A stretch of DNA of 64,000 nt from Halarcobacter sp. (GCA_048571215.1 CP182352.1:2912001-2976000); one strand, 5' to 3'; positions 18,623-30,191 are shown, counted from the first letter of the stretch. Program-made: numbers and translations. Notes: generated by a model from the letters alone, not told the origin.

Positions 18623-20049
18623 TATGATAATCTTTGTTTTAAAAGTTCATTTACTTTTTGTGGGTTAGCAGTACCCTTAGATGCTTTCATAGTTTGTCCT
18701 ACAAAGAATCCAATTAGTTTCTCTTTTCCTGCTTTATACTGTTCAACTTTGTCTTGGTTTGCAGCCAAGATTCCATCTATGATTTCAAGTAAAGCTCCAT
18801 CATCAGAAACTTGTTTTAAACCAAGTTTCTCAATAACAGTATCAACTTCATCATTTTCATTTTCCATTAAGAAATCTAATACCTCTTTTGCAGCTTTTCC
18901 TGAGATTGTGTTATCTTCAATTCTTTTAACTATAATTGCCAATTTTTTTGCTTGTACAGGAGATGTTTCTAAAGTAACACCCTCTTTTAATCTTCCTTGT
19001 AGTTCAACTGTTAACCACGTTGCAGCATTTTTACCAGTGATTCCCTCTTCTAACATCTCTTCAAAAAAGTGTGCCATCTCTAAAGAAGCAGTGATAACAG
19101 AAGCATCATACTCTTTGATATCATACTCTTTTACAAACCTTTCTTTCTTTTCATCTGGAAGTTCTGGAATTTGTGAATATTTTTCCATCATATCATCTGT
19201 AATAATTACAGGTAAAAGGTCTGGATCTGGGAAATATCTATAATCCGCTGCATCTTCTTTACCTCTCATAGATCTAGTTTCACCACGTTCAGGATCAAAT
19301 AATCTTGTTTCTTGAACAATCTCTGTACTATGGATACCATCTTCCCAAGCTTCAATATGTCTATTTACTTCATAAGCTATAGCTTTTTCAATAAACTTAA
19401 ATGAGTTCATATTTTTTATTTCACATCTTGTGTATAACTTGTCATCACCCTTTGGTCTAATAGAAACATTAACATCACATCTGAAGCTTCCCTCTTGCAT
19501 ATTAGCATCACTAATTCCAAGGTATCTTACTATTGAATGAAGTTTCTTAAGATATAAAATAGCCTCTTGTGCAGTTCTCATATCTGGTTCAGAAACTATC
19601 TCAAGCAAAGGTGTTCCCGCTCTATTTAAATCCACATGGGAAACTGCTCCTGCATGGATATTTTTACCCGCATCATTTTCTAAATGTGCTCTTGTTACCC
19701 CAATAGTTTTTTGACCTCCATCTGGAAAATCAATAACTAACTCTCCAAGTCCAACAACTGGAACTTCAAATTGTGAGATTTGGTAGCCATTTGGTAAATC
19801 TGGATAAAAATAGTTTTTTCTATTAAATATTGACTTTTGATTAATTTTTGATTTAAGTGCTGTTCCTAACATAATAGCTTTATGAACTGCCTCTTTATTT
19901 AGTACTGGCAATGCTCCTGGAAGACCTAAACATGTAGGACATACATTTGTATTTGGTTCCTCTCCAAAGCTTGTTGCACATGAACAAAAAAGTTTGCTAT
20001 TTGTATTTAACTGAACGTGTACTTCTAATCCTATAATTACTTCAAACAT
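18622..20049 (-). CDS. gatB: Asp/Glu-tRNA amidotransferase subunit B
   Basis: [39 protein letters not shown]. Confidence 0.98.
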   Translation of the reverse strand: MFEVIIGLEVHVQLNTNSKLFCSCATSFGEEPNTNVCPTCLGLPGALPVLNKEAVHKAIMLGTALKSKINQKSIFNRKNYFYPDLPNGYQISQFEVPVVGLGELVIDFPDGGQKTIGVTRAHLENDAGKNIHAGAVSHVDLNRAGTPLLEIVSEPDMRTAQEAILYLKKLHSIVRYLGISDANMQEGSFRCDVNVSIRPKGDDKLYTRCEIKNMNSFKFIEKAIAYEVNRHIEAWEDGIHSTEIVQETRLFDPERGETRSMRGKEDAADYRYFPDPDLLPVIITDDMMEKYSQIPELPDEKKERFVKEYDIKEYDASVITASLEMAHFFEEMLEEGITGKNAATWLTVELQGRLKEGVTLETSPVQAKKLAIIVKRIEDNTISGKAAKEVLDFLMENENDEVDTVIEKLGLKQVSDDGALLEIIDGILAANQDKVEQYKAGKEKLIGFFVGQTMKASKGTANPQKVNELLKQRLS

Positions 20050-20059
20050 CTATTTCCTT

Positions 20060-20917
20060 TTATCTTACTATTTTTATATCTGCTGATAATTTTAATTTTT
20101 CAAAATAATCTTTTAAATATTTTTGTTGTCTATCTTGCATTACAATATTAAAAATTCTGTCCCTAACATCAGCATAAGCAATAGTTTGTAGATTTTCTTT
20201 TTTTGTAATTAAAAGAGTTACAAAATCTTTATTTGCGTTAAAAATTGGTGTAAAATGATTTATTTTTGTTCCATTGATTACATATCTTAATTGTGGATTT
20301 AACTTTGCTTGTTCTAAGTTTACTGGTGTTTTAGTTACATCATCAACTTCCATCATTGGGTTTTTAGTTATAGAAATTAAAGATTCTCTATTTGGTGACA
20401 CATATTGTATTGCTTTTACATTTGCTGCTGCTTCAAACATACTTTTATTGTTTTCATAATAGATTTTCAAATCCTCTTCAGTAGCAATTTTTATATTACC
20501 TCTAACTAACTTTTCAGTTAATTTTTCTTTGATTATTGTATTTCTAACTTCCTCTTCATATCTATCATAGTTTTTATACTTTTGTCTTAATACCGATTTA
20601 AAAGTATATAAATCCATCCCATTTGAAGCTGCTATCTTTTCCAAATAACTGTTAATGTCAAAAATATCTGCTGTAATATTATATTTTTCTACAAGTTGTT
20701 CATATAACACCTCATCAATTAATTGGCTTACTGCTTTTTCTTTTGATATTTTCTTTTGATATTTTCTCTTTTCAATATCAAAAAGTGTGATTGGTTCATC
20801 ATTTACCACTAAAGCTACCGCATCAATTAAATTTGAGCCGTGTGAAAATGTAAGTACTGTTAAAAGTATAAATAAAAGTCTTGTACCTTTTTGTAGGATT
20901 CCAACTTGTTTCATCAT
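20060..20917 (-). CDS. SurA-like periplasmic chaperone/PPIase
   Basis: Signal peptide, ALVVNDEPITLFDI, C-terminal LKLSADIKIVR; start taken at ATG after AAAGGA. Confidence 0.75.
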   Translation of the reverse strand: MMKQVGILQKGTRLLFILLTVLTFSHGSNLIDAVALVVNDEPITLFDIEKRKYQKKISKEKAVSQLIDEVLYEQLVEKYNITADIFDINSYLEKIAASNGMDLYTFKSVLRQKYKNYDRYEEEVRNTIIKEKLTEKLVRGNIKIATEEDLKIYYENNKSMFEAAANVKAIQYVSPNRESLISITKNPMMEVDDVTKTPVNLEQAKLNPQLRYVINGTKINHFTPIFNANKDFVTLLITKKENLQTIAYADVRDRIFNIVMQDRQQKYLKDYFEKLKLSADIKIVR

Positions 20918-20965
20918 TATGTTCCTTTCAGATAATATCAAAACAAAATATATTGTTTTGATATA

Positions 20966-21006
20966 AAAACAGACATTTTACCAAAAAAATGGTAAATATC
21001 TGTTTT
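20966..21006 (-). terminator. Terminator after D-lactate dehydrogenase
   Basis: AAAACAGA..TTTACCA / TGGTAAA..TCTGTTTT long hairpin with U-tract. Confidence 0.65.
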
Positions 21007-21021
21007 GTTGGGAAAAGATTG

Positions 21022-23859
21022 CTAGTTTTTTGATTTTGTAACTTTATCTATTAGATAAAAAATTGAGTTATAATCTAGTTCTGAGTGTTCACTTAGACCT
21101 ATTTCGCATGTTTTAGATGTGCTAAAAGCATATTTTGCCTCTTTTGTATCATCTTTTAAAAATCTAAGTGCAGATTGATTTAGTTCTGGAAAACTAAAGC
21201 CCCTATCACCTGCAAAACCACAACATTTCACATTTTGTGGCACTATTACATTAGAAGAGCATAGATTTGCTAACTCTATAAACTTTTCATGTAGACCCAT
21301 TTTTCTTGAACTACAAGTTGTGTGTATAGTAATAGCTTCATCTATTTGTTCAAACTCTAATTGATCCACTAAAAATTTTAATGTAAACTCTATTGGTTCA
21401 TAAACCTTGATTCTATCTTCAAAGGAATCTATCATCTTTTTTGTACATGGACTTGTATCACATAACACAGGTATTTCTCCAAAATTACTTAGCTCTTGAA
21501 GAACGAACTCTAATTCATCAGATTTTATCTTACCTTGCTCTTTAAAGCCTTTTGAGGAAAAAGGCATTCCACAACATAAATTATCTAAATTTTCAGGAAA
21601 CAATATTTGATAACCTGCTTTTTTTAATAAAGAAATTGTAACATCAACTAAATCTTTATCTTCACTTGTATCCTTACATCTTCCCATTGTTCTATTTATA
21701 CAAGACGGGAAATAAACAACTTTTTTTTCACTTGCTTGTTGTTCAAATCTATAGTTTACTTTTGCTGGTTTTGGTAAAGTTGATATCCATTTAGGCATTT
21801 TATTATTTGATATTGCCCTTAGGGATGAAGTTACACTACTCATACTAGCAGTACCTAAAATTGAGTGGGCAATATTTGCACTACCTAATCCAAACTTCAT
21901 AAGAGATAGGGTTGTTGAAAAGTTATTTGCTATAGTACTTGCAACTTTTAATGCGCCATTACTTATTTGCTCAGCTCTTAAGTGTTTAGTTAAACTTCCT
22001 GTATCTATTTTAACTGGACATACAGTAGAGCATAAACTACAAGCAGCACAGGTTTCTATCCCATCATACTGATAAAGCTCCTCATACTCTTTTGCCTCTT
22101 TTTCATCCCCTAATTGTCTTAATCTTGATATCTCTCTATTTATAACAATTCTTTGTCTTGGTGTTAGAGTTATATCATTTGAAGGGCAAGTTGGTTCACA
22201 AAAACCACACTCAATACACTTATCAACTATCTCATTTGATGAAGGCATCTCTTTTAGATTTTTTAAGTGTGCTTCATGGTCATCATTTATTATTACCCCT
22301 GGATTTAAAAGAGATTTTGGATCAAAAAGAGTTTTTATGCTTTTCATTATCTCATAAGCTTTATTACCCCACTCAACCTCTACAAAAGATGCCATGTTTC
22401 TTCCCGTACCATGTTCCGCTTTTAAACTTCCTTGATACTTTAATGCAACTGATGAGACCACATCATTCATAAACTCATCATATCTTTTTACCTCTTTTTC
22501 ATCAGAGAAATCTTGGGTAAAAACAAAGTGAAAGTTCCCCTCTAAAGCGTGACCAAAAATTAAAGCTTCATGGTAAGCATGTTTTTTAAATAGTTCTTGA
22601 AGCTCTAGTGTTGCCTCAGCTAAACTTTCTATTGGGTAAGCCACATCTTCTATAATAACAGTTGTACCCATCTGTCTTACTGCACCAACTGCTGGGAAAA
22701 GTCCTTTTCTAATCTTCCAATATAAGGTATACTCTTTTTCATCACAGGTAAAATATATATCCCTTACAACATCAAAATCACTTAAAAGCTCTTCAATTTT
22801 AGAAATTTGTACTTGTAAAGTCTCTTGGTTTACAGCTCTTGTTTCAATTAAAAGTGCAGTAACATCTTTGTCAAAATCTTTTATAAATTCTGGCATTGCA
22901 GGATCATTCTCAATACTAGCTAGTCCTGCTCTATCCATAAGTTCAACTGCATCTACGCTGATTTTATTTGATTCTTTTGCTAATTTTAATTTTGTAACTG
23001 CATTACATGCTTCTTTTACATTTTTAAAATATATTAAAGCACTAGCTTTATCTTTTAAGTCCTCCACTGTATAGTAAGTAATCTCTTCAATAAAGGCTAA
23101 AGTTCCTTCACTTCCAATGATTAGATGTTCTAGTATCTCAAACTCATCTTCAAAATCAATTAAAGCATTTATAGAATACCCACAGGTGTTTTTTATTTTA
23201 TATTTTTTTTCAATTTTTGCTCTTAGCTCTTCATCACTTTTTGTATCAAGAGATAATTGTTTTAAATCAGCTAATAACTTCTTATGAGTTTTTCTAAACT
23301 CATTTTTACTATTTTCATCGGCTGTATCAAGTTTTGTTCCATCTGCAAAAATAAGTTTCATAGATTTTAAAGTCTTATATGAGTTTTGAGAGATACCACA
23401 ACACATCCCTGAAGCATTATTTGCTGCAATTCCACCAATCATTGCTGCATTTATAGATGCTGGATCTGGACCTATTTTTTTAGCAAATGGTGCTAAGATA
23501 TTGTTTACCTCTTGTCCTGTTAAAGCAGGCTGCAATGAGATAGTACTTTTATCTTCTGCAACTTTAAAATCCCTAAAATTTCTTGAAGTAACAATTAAAA
23601 TAGAATCACTAATAGCTTGACCTGACAATGAGGTACCAGCAGCCCTAAAGGTTACACTTAACTCTAAATCATGTGATATCTTTATAATATCTTGAACCTC
23701 TTTTGCATTATCAGTTTTGATAACTATTTTAGGAATAAGTCTATAAAAAGAGGCATCTGTACCATAAGCCAAAGTGTGTAACTTATCTGTAAATATTTTT
23801 TCTTTATTTATATATTTGATTATTTGATTATAAAAATCTTGATATTTTCCTTCTAACAT
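21022..23859 (-). CDS. FAD- and Fe-S-binding D-lactate dehydrogenase (Dld-II type)
   Basis: FRAAGTSLSGQA, GSEGTL, KAEHGTGRN, CIECGFCEPTCP, CCG domains; lies in lactate cluster. Confidence 0.88.
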   Translation of the reverse strand: MLEGKYQDFYNQIIKYINKEKIFTDKLHTLAYGTDASFYRLIPKIVIKTDNAKEVQDIIKISHDLELSVTFRAAGTSLSGQAISDSILIVTSRNFRDFKVAEDKSTISLQPALTGQEVNNILAPFAKKIGPDPASINAAMIGGIAANNASGMCCGISQNSYKTLKSMKLIFADGTKLDTADENSKNEFRKTHKKLLADLKQLSLDTKSDEELRAKIEKKYKIKNTCGYSINALIDFEDEFEILEHLIIGSEGTLAFIEEITYYTVEDLKDKASALIYFKNVKEACNAVTKLKLAKESNKISVDAVELMDRAGLASIENDPAMPEFIKDFDKDVTALLIETRAVNQETLQVQISKIEELLSDFDVVRDIYFTCDEKEYTLYWKIRKGLFPAVGAVRQMGTTVIIEDVAYPIESLAEATLELQELFKKHAYHEALIFGHALEGNFHFVFTQDFSDEKEVKRYDEFMNDVVSSVALKYQGSLKAEHGTGRNMASFVEVEWGNKAYEIMKSIKTLFDPKSLLNPGVIINDDHEAHLKNLKEMPSSNEIVDKCIECGFCEPTCPSNDITLTPRQRIVINREISRLRQLGDEKEAKEYEELYQYDGIETCAACSLCSTVCPVKIDTGSLTKHLRAEQISNGALKVASTIANNFSTTLSLMKFGLGSANIAHSILGTASMSSVTSSLRAISNNKMPKWISTLPKPAKVNYRFEQQASEKKVVYFPSCINRTMGRCKDTSEDKDLVDVTISLLKKAGYQILFPENLDNLCCGMPFSSKGFKEQGKIKSDELEFVLQELSNFGEIPVLCDTSPCTKKMIDSFEDRIKVYEPIEFTLKFLVDQLEFEQIDEAITIHTTCSSRKMGLHEKFIELANLCSSNVIVPQNVKCCGFAGDRGFSFPELNQSALRFLKDDTKEAKYAFSTSKTCEIGLSEHSELDYNSIFYLIDKVTKSKN

Positions 23860-24026
23860 TTAAATCCTTTATTATATTTTATATTGTGAATTTAAAATTA
23901 CCTATTATTCAAGGCGAGGAACGGTGTATATTCTTTGTTGAGGGTCATTTATAAATGAATACATTTTATCACACTGCTTAAGGATAATATTTAAAACTAA
24001 AATTAAACAGTGTGACATCTTAAGCC

Positions 24027-25400
24027 TTACATATCAGCAGATAATCCAAAAACTTCTGGATATACAGCAACAATTGCAAGAACAATTATTTGTATTATAA
24101 TAAAAGGTAAAACACCTCTATATATTTGTCCAGTTGTAACGGAAGCTGGGGCACACCCTTTTAAATAAAAGAGAGAAAAACCAAATGGTGGGGTTAAAAA
24201 TGAGGTTTGTAAATTCATTGCGATTAAAACTGCAAACCATACTGGATTTATATCCAAAGCTTGTGAAACAGGAATTAATATAGGAATAATAATATATGAA
24301 ATTTCAATAAAATCAATAAAAAATCCTAATACTAATATTGCTAACATTGTTAAGATAATAAAAGTCCATTTACTATCCCCAGGAAGACTTGTCATAAAGT
24401 GTTCAACTAAAGTATCTCCACCTGTATATGTAAATACCATAGAGAATGCGGTTGCCCCTATTAGAATACCAAATACCATTGATGTAATTTTAACAGACTC
24501 TAAAGATGCTTCTTTTACCATATCATTTGTATAAGATCTGTACATAAAAGCAAGTAGTATTGCTCCTATACAACCAACAGCTGCTGATTCAGTTGGAGTT
24601 GCCACACCTGCGAAAATTGAACCTAATACTAAAACAATTAAAGTTAATGATGGAATAATATCAATCAAAGCTTTTCCAACTTGTTTTTTCTTAGAACCTC
24701 TACTTGGGTCAGCTGGTATTGCTGGTGCCATATCTTTTTTTATGAACGAAACAACTAAAATAAATAAAATATATGCAACTACTAAAGTGATACCAGGCCA
24801 AACAGCTGCTGAGAATAAATCCCCAACAGGAACTTGAAACACATCCCCTAAGATAATCAATACAATAGATGGGGGAATAATCTGCCCCAAGGTTCCAGAT
24901 GCACAAATGGTTCCTGCTGCAAGTTCTGTATTATATTTATACTTTAACATAACAGGAAGAGATATAACCCCCATTGCTACAACTGAAGCACCTACAACGC
25001 CAGTAGAAGCTGCCAATAAAGTACCAACTAAAACAGTAGAAATAGCAACTCCACCTCTAACCTCTCCAAATAAAAATCCCATAGATTCAAGAAGTTTTTC
25101 TGCAAGTCCAGTTTTTTGTAAAACTATACCCATAAAAATAAACATTGGAATTGCCATCAAAATGGTATTTTGTTGAATAGAATAGATTCTAAAAGGCATA
25201 AAATCAAACATAGCTATACCCTCTACTACACCTTCACTTAAAATAGATGTTATTCCCATACTAGCATCTGCATAAGTATATATCTCTACAATACCTGCAA
25301 TTAGTCCAAAAAATACCGATACTGCTGCAAAAGTAAAGGCCACAGGAAATCCAATTAACAGCATACATAATGCTGTAAAAAACATGATAATACCAATCAT
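24027..25400 (-). CDS. dctM: TRAP transporter large permease
   Basis: SGTLGQIIPPSI, ATPTESAAVG, SFLTPPFG. Confidence 0.95.
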   Translation of the reverse strand: MIGIIMFFTALCMLLIGFPVAFTFAAVSVFFGLIAGIVEIYTYADASMGITSILSEGVVEGIAMFDFMPFRIYSIQQNTILMAIPMFIFMGIVLQKTGLAEKLLESMGFLFGEVRGGVAISTVLVGTLLAASTGVVGASVVAMGVISLPVMLKYKYNTELAAGTICASGTLGQIIPPSIVLIILGDVFQVPVGDLFSAAVWPGITLVVAYILFILVVSFIKKDMAPAIPADPSRGSKKKQVGKALIDIIPSLTLIVLVLGSIFAGVATPTESAAVGCIGAILLAFMYRSYTNDMVKEASLESVKITSMVFGILIGATAFSMVFTYTGGDTLVEHFMTSLPGDSKWTFIILTMLAILVLGFFIDFIEISYIIIPILIPVSQALDINPVWFAVLIAMNLQTSFLTPPFGFSLFYLKGCAPASVTTGQIYRGVLPFIIIQIIVLAIVAVYPEVFGLSADM

Positions 25401-26005
25401 TTAGAATCCCCTTTTTCATCAATATCTACAACATGGAATTTATGCTCATTTAAGTCACATTTTAAATTCTCAATTTCACCTTTTAAATTATATTCATCTA
25501 GGTCATGATTACCTTTATATACATTTAAATTTTTAATAAAAAAACCAACTGTAGTGATAATCAAAAGGAAAAAAGCAAGAGGGATAAGTGATTTTACTAT
25601 CCATCTATAAGGAAGCCCTCCCGGATCACCACTTTGCTCCATTGAGTGAAATGCTTCAACTGCATTATCAATAGAACTAATACCAACTAAAAGTGCAATT
25701 GGTAAAATAAATAAAACTGCACCTATCATATTAACCATAGCTTTTTTTCTAGGTGACCATCTATCATAAAGAAGGTCAACTCTTACATGTCCGTCTTCTT
25801 TTAAGGTATAAGAAACCCCAAGCAAAATAATTACAGAAAATAGATGCCACTCCATCTCCTGCATAGCAATACTTCCTGATTTGAAAAAGTATCTCATGAT
25901 TACATCATAAAATACATTTAAAATCATCAAAACCATTGCAGCAGAAGTAATCACTCCAATTACATCTGCAAATTTATTAAAAAATTGTTCAAGTTTTAAC
26001 AGCAT
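25397..26005 (-). CDS. dctQ: TRAP transporter small permease
   Basis: QEMEWHLF, HVRVDLLY, SGDPGGLP; 4 TM segments. Confidence 0.93.
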   Translation of the reverse strand: MLLKLEQFFNKFADVIGVITSAAMVLMILNVFYDVIMRYFFKSGSIAMQEMEWHLFSVIILLGVSYTLKEDGHVRVDLLYDRWSPRKKAMVNMIGAVLFILPIALLVGISSIDNAVEAFHSMEQSGDPGGLPYRWIVKSLIPLAFFLLIITTVGFFIKNLNVYKGNHDLDEYNLKGEIENLKCDLNEHKFHVVDIDEKGDSK

Positions 26006-26028
26006 TAAACATCCTTCGGAAAAAATCA

Positions 26029-26102
26029 AATAGATTAGATAAATCTATAAGCTAAATTTATCTAATTTATTATTATATAAAATCCCCCATAAGAGGGGGA
26101 TT
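26029..26102 (-). terminator. Two stem-loops between dctP and dctQ
   Basis: AATCCCCC-N5-GGGGGATT at 26082-26102 and a TTAGATAAAT/ATTTATCTAA hairpin. Confidence 0.6.
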
Positions 26103-26110
26103 AGTTAGTC

Positions 26111-27184
26111 TTATAAATTATCTTTTAAGTATAGGTAATCAGACATCTCTGTCCAAGCTCTAGCTTTCTTTTGATAAGCTTTTTGAGAATCTAAAACCTC
26201 TTTTAATAAAGGATGACCTTTTGCCATCTCTACTAACAATTCTTCGTTTGCTTTTTTCATAGCATCCATAACCTCTTTTGGAAAAGTTTTAATTTTAATA
26301 TTTGGATACTCTTTAGCAATCTCAGACCATGCAGTAGCACTCATATCATAATTTTGAATATACATATCATATGAACTAAGTTTCATAGCTGTTATTAAAA
26401 TCTCTTGCAAATCTGCTGGAAGTTTTTTAAATGCTCTTTCATTTACTAAAAATTGTAGTTCAGTTGCTGGTTCATGCCAACCTGTGTAGTAATAAGGTGC
26501 GATTTTATGAAATCCCATTTTAATATCCATTCCAGGTCCAACCCACTCTAATGCATCAATAGTTCCTCTTTCAAGTGAAGTATAAAGTTCACCTGGAGCA
26601 ATATTAGTAACAGTAAGACCTAGTTTTGCCATAATCTCACCAGCAAAACCTGGAATTCTCATTTTAAGACCTTTTAAATCATCAAGTGAGTTAATCTCTT
26701 TTCTAAACCAACCACCCATTTGATTTCCTGTGTTTCCACCAGGATACGATAATACTTTATGTTTAGCATACGCTTTTTGCATAAGCTCTAGTCCACCACC
26801 ATAATAGAACCAAGCATATTGTTCAGGAGCAGTCATACCAAAAGGCATTGTTGTAAATGGTAGAAGATTGATATCTTTTCCCTTCCAGTAATATGAAGCT
26901 GAATGACCCATCTCATATTGTCCACCTTTTACCATATCTAAAACACCAAATGCTGACTTATGTTTATTTGAAGCATCAACTCTAATAATTAATCTTCCAT
27001 TTGACATCTTTTCAACCATCTCTGCCATTTTTGTTGGGGCATCAATAAATGGGTGTAAAGTTGGTCCCCAAGTTGTTGCTAATTTCCATTTGTAAACTCT
27101 ATCTTTAGCCATAGAAACTGTAGTAAGTCCTGCAACTAATGCAGTGGCAACAAGTAGTTTAGTAGTTTTTCCAAACATTTTCAT
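26111..27184 (-). CDS. dctP: TRAP substrate-binding protein (TakP-like, 2-oxo/hydroxy monocarboxylates)
   Basis: HSASYYWKGK, GNTGNQMGGWF, KMRIPG, DALEWVGP, GWHEP. Confidence 0.93.
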   Translation of the reverse strand: MKMFGKTTKLLVATALVAGLTTVSMAKDRVYKWKLATTWGPTLHPFIDAPTKMAEMVEKMSNGRLIIRVDASNKHKSAFGVLDMVKGGQYEMGHSASYYWKGKDINLLPFTTMPFGMTAPEQYAWFYYGGGLELMQKAYAKHKVLSYPGGNTGNQMGGWFRKEINSLDDLKGLKMRIPGFAGEIMAKLGLTVTNIAPGELYTSLERGTIDALEWVGPGMDIKMGFHKIAPYYYTGWHEPATELQFLVNERAFKKLPADLQEILITAMKLSSYDMYIQNYDMSATAWSEIAKEYPNIKIKTFPKEVMDAMKKANEELLVEMAKGHPLLKEVLDSQKAYQKKARAWTEMSDYLYLKDNL

Positions 27185-27211
27185 GCGATCTCCTTTTTTA
27201 ATGTAGTTTAA

Positions 27212-27244
27212 ATTTTAACTACACTAAATGAAATTTGTATGATA
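27212..27244 (-). promoter_or_regulatory. dctP promoter with direct-repeat activator site
   Basis: Minus strand TATCATA-N4-TTTCATT-N9-TAAAAT. Confidence 0.5.
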
Positions 27245-27335
27245 TTTTTTTCATATTTATTAAAAAAAGTGCCTAAAATAGGTCATTGTGGACATATGTT
27301 CATCAAAAAGGAAGGAATGCTATGTTCATGCTATT

Positions 27336-27980
27336 TTAGTCTGTTTTAAAAATATATCCTGTATCTACAACAGTTTGTATATACTCTTTTTGTAAAATTT
27401 TTCTAAGTCTTCTTACTAAACTTCTAATTGAGTCAATGGAAGCAAAGGTACCTTCCCAAACATAATTTTCAATAGCTTCATAACTTACCACTTGATTTTT
27501 ATTTGTTAAAAATAGATTTAAAAGCAATCTTTCTTTTTTTGTTAATCTAAACTCCTCTTTATCTATAGATACTACAGAAGATTTGTAATCAAAATAAACA
27601 TCTTTATCAAAGTTTATTAAATCATTTTTAATCTGACATAGTTTTTCTATTTTTATCTCCAACTCATCAATAAAAAAAGGTTTTTTAAGATAATCATTAC
27701 AACCAAAATCGTACGATTGTTTTATAATATCAAGTTCCACAGTTGAACTAATTATAATAACTGGTACCTCAGCATAATACTCTCTAATCTTTTTTAATAT
27801 CTTTACACCATCAACATTTGGTACATTTATATCTAAGATAAAACAAGAATAACCATCTGTTATTGAATCATAAGCTTCTTTACCATCTACAAAAGCTGAT
27901 ACCTTATAGTTTTTTAGTTCTAATCTTTTTTTTATTGTACTATTTAATTTTTCATTATCTTCAAGTAGTAGTACTTTCAT
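27336..27980 (-). CDS. OmpR-family response regulator
   Basis: LLLEDN, ILDINVP, DYLKKPF, C-terminal winged helix. Confidence 0.93.
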   Translation of the reverse strand: MKVLLLEDNEKLNSTIKKRLELKNYKVSAFVDGKEAYDSITDGYSCFILDINVPNVDGVKILKKIREYYAEVPVIIISSTVELDIIKQSYDFGCNDYLKKPFFIDELEIKIEKLCQIKNDLINFDKDVYFDYKSSVVSIDKEEFRLTKKERLLLNLFLTNKNQVVSYEAIENYVWEGTFASIDSIRSLVRRLRKILQKEYIQTVVDTGYIFKTD

Positions 27981-30177
27981 CTTCACTTCCTCTATTTAGT
28001 GGTAGTTTAACTGTAAAAACAACATCATGATCCCTATTTTTAACACTAATGTTTCCATCCATTTTATCTTCTATTATAACCTTCGCCATATAAAGACCAA
28101 ACCCTGTACCATCTTTTTTTGTAGTAAAATATGGTTCAAAAATTTTATCAATTATATTTAAATCAATATTTCCACCATCATCGATTATCTCTATAATATT
28201 GTATTTTGTACTTTGTGAAACATTAATAGTAATATTGTATTTTCTATCACCATTTTTTTCAATAATTTTATTTTTGGCATTATTGATTAAATTTAATAAA
28301 ACCTGCTTAAATTCATTTTCATAACCATAGATAAGTAACTCTTTATCCCCATGATCATAGTTTAGATGTACATTTATATTTGAATAAAATATCTGCTTTG
28401 CAATAATTTCAAAAATATCTTCAAATGACTTTCTAATAGAAAAAAGACTCTTTTTTGTTGAGGGTTTTAAAAAGTTTCTAAAATCACTTAAGGTTTTTGA
28501 CATATATTTTATTTGTACCATTGAATCATTTACAAACTCTTTTACATGGATATCTTTTAACTCATTTAATAAAAATGAGGTTTGTATATCTTGAACTTGT
28601 GCTGATAGTTCCACTAAAGGTTCATTCCATTGATGTGCAATTGCTGCTACCATATCTCCCATCTCTGCTAATTTACCTTGTTGGATTAAAAACTGCTTTT
28701 GTTGGATTCTTTCTGTAATATCATCCATAATACAAACTATCCCACCAATACTTCCATCATTGTCAAGATATACTGCTTTATTTATAATAATATGTTTCAT
28801 ACTATTATCACTTAGGTGTAAGGTTATCTCAGAAGTATTAGTACCCTTTGTTTGTAATAACTCTTTATCTATTTTTGAATTACTTAAGGCTATATCTTCT
28901 GGGAAGAAATCCCAAGCAGTTTTACCTATAACCTCTTTTTTCGATACAGCAACAAGTTCGCTAAAAGATTTATTACATCCCAAGAATTTTCCATCTATAT
29001 TTTTATAGTATATTGGATTAGGGAGGGTGTCTAAGAGTACTTTGTCAAATTTAATTCTATTTTGTAAAGCTTTTTCAACAACCTTTCTTCTATTGATATT
29101 TGATTTCATTGAAAATACCATTATCAATAAAACCCCAATAATAACAAAGGTAACTACTACAAGTTTAGTATATTTTCTAAAAAATGAACTTGGTTCATTT
29201 ATAACCTCATAATCATCTAATAGATTCTCAACTTTTAAATTAAATCTTTTTAATTCATTATAATCAAAAAGGTATCTATTTGGAGATTTTTCTAAAATCG
29301 GTATATCTGTAACCTTTGTACCATTTAAAACTTTTAATGCCATTTTAGCAACAGCTTCCCCTTGTGCCTTTGCAGAGGTTAATAGTCCACCAACTAAACC
29401 ATAATCTAAATAGAAATCCCAAAGCCCATAAATAGGAACATTACTCACATTTCTTATTCTTTGAAAACTTCTTTTATAGGTAAAATATTTCCCTGTTTTA
29501 TCTTTAAACAATAACAAAAATAAAATTGCAGTGTCATCTTTTAGATTTTTCACTTTTTTTTCAAGAAGACCAATATCCATATTATCAACATATTCGATAT
29601 TGAATCTATTTTTATATTTTTTTATTATTGGATTTAAGTCCCTTTTTACTGCATATCCTGTTTTTGATTGGTCATTTAAGATAAGAAGATTTTTCACTTT
29701 TGGTTGAAGTTGGGATATAAGTTTAAAGTTTTTTTCTATATCAACTTGCTCAACTACCCCACTTGTATAAAACTTCATATTGTTTTCATCAAGTAGAGAT
29801 TTATCGAAGTTGTTTATACCACAAAAAAGAACTGGTACATCTTTAAAAAGTGTTTCATGATACCTAACCATAAAATCAAAGGCATTATTATCACTTACAA
29901 TTATTAAATCAAATTTTCTTTCAGCAAACTGCTCTTCATACAAATTTGCAAGTTTTTTAAAATATACTGGACCAACAACCCTTTTTGTATCCATATATAA
30001 AGTTGTTAGGTCAATATAATTATGTTTATCAAAAACCTTTTCTATAGCATTTGATATTTCTGAGGTCCATTTATACTCTTTATGATATGAATGGATTAAT
30101 AAAACATCTTTACTCTCTATAGCATGTAGGTTATTGATAAAAAAAAGTAATATTATACATATTGAGAATTTTTTCAT
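27961..30177 (-). CDS. Sensor histidine kinase (periplasmic ABC-SBP-like domain, PAS, HisKA, HATPase)
   Basis: Signal peptide, TM, PAS-like LPNPIYYK, AHQWNEP, NLINNA, GTGFGL. Confidence 0.92.
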   Translation of the reverse strand: MKKFSICIILLFFINNLHAIESKDVLLIHSYHKEYKWTSEISNAIEKVFDKHNYIDLTTLYMDTKRVVGPVYFKKLANLYEEQFAERKFDLIIVSDNNAFDFMVRYHETLFKDVPVLFCGINNFDKSLLDENNMKFYTSGVVEQVDIEKNFKLISQLQPKVKNLLILNDQSKTGYAVKRDLNPIIKKYKNRFNIEYVDNMDIGLLEKKVKNLKDDTAILFLLLFKDKTGKYFTYKRSFQRIRNVSNVPIYGLWDFYLDYGLVGGLLTSAKAQGEAVAKMALKVLNGTKVTDIPILEKSPNRYLFDYNELKRFNLKVENLLDDYEVINEPSSFFRKYTKLVVVTFVIIGVLLIMVFSMKSNINRRKVVEKALQNRIKFDKVLLDTLPNPIYYKNIDGKFLGCNKSFSELVAVSKKEVIGKTAWDFFPEDIALSNSKIDKELLQTKGTNTSEITLHLSDNSMKHIIINKAVYLDNDGSIGGIVCIMDDITERIQQKQFLIQQGKLAEMGDMVAAIAHQWNEPLVELSAQVQDIQTSFLLNELKDIHVKEFVNDSMVQIKYMSKTLSDFRNFLKPSTKKSLFSIRKSFEDIFEIIAKQIFYSNINVHLNYDHGDKELLIYGYENEFKQVLLNLINNAKNKIIEKNGDRKYNITINVSQSTKYNIIEIIDDGGNIDLNIIDKIFEPYFTTKKDGTGFGLYMAKVIIEDKMDGNISVKNRDHDVVFTVKLPLNRGSEDESTTT

Positions 30178-30191
30178 TCAAAAGTATAACA

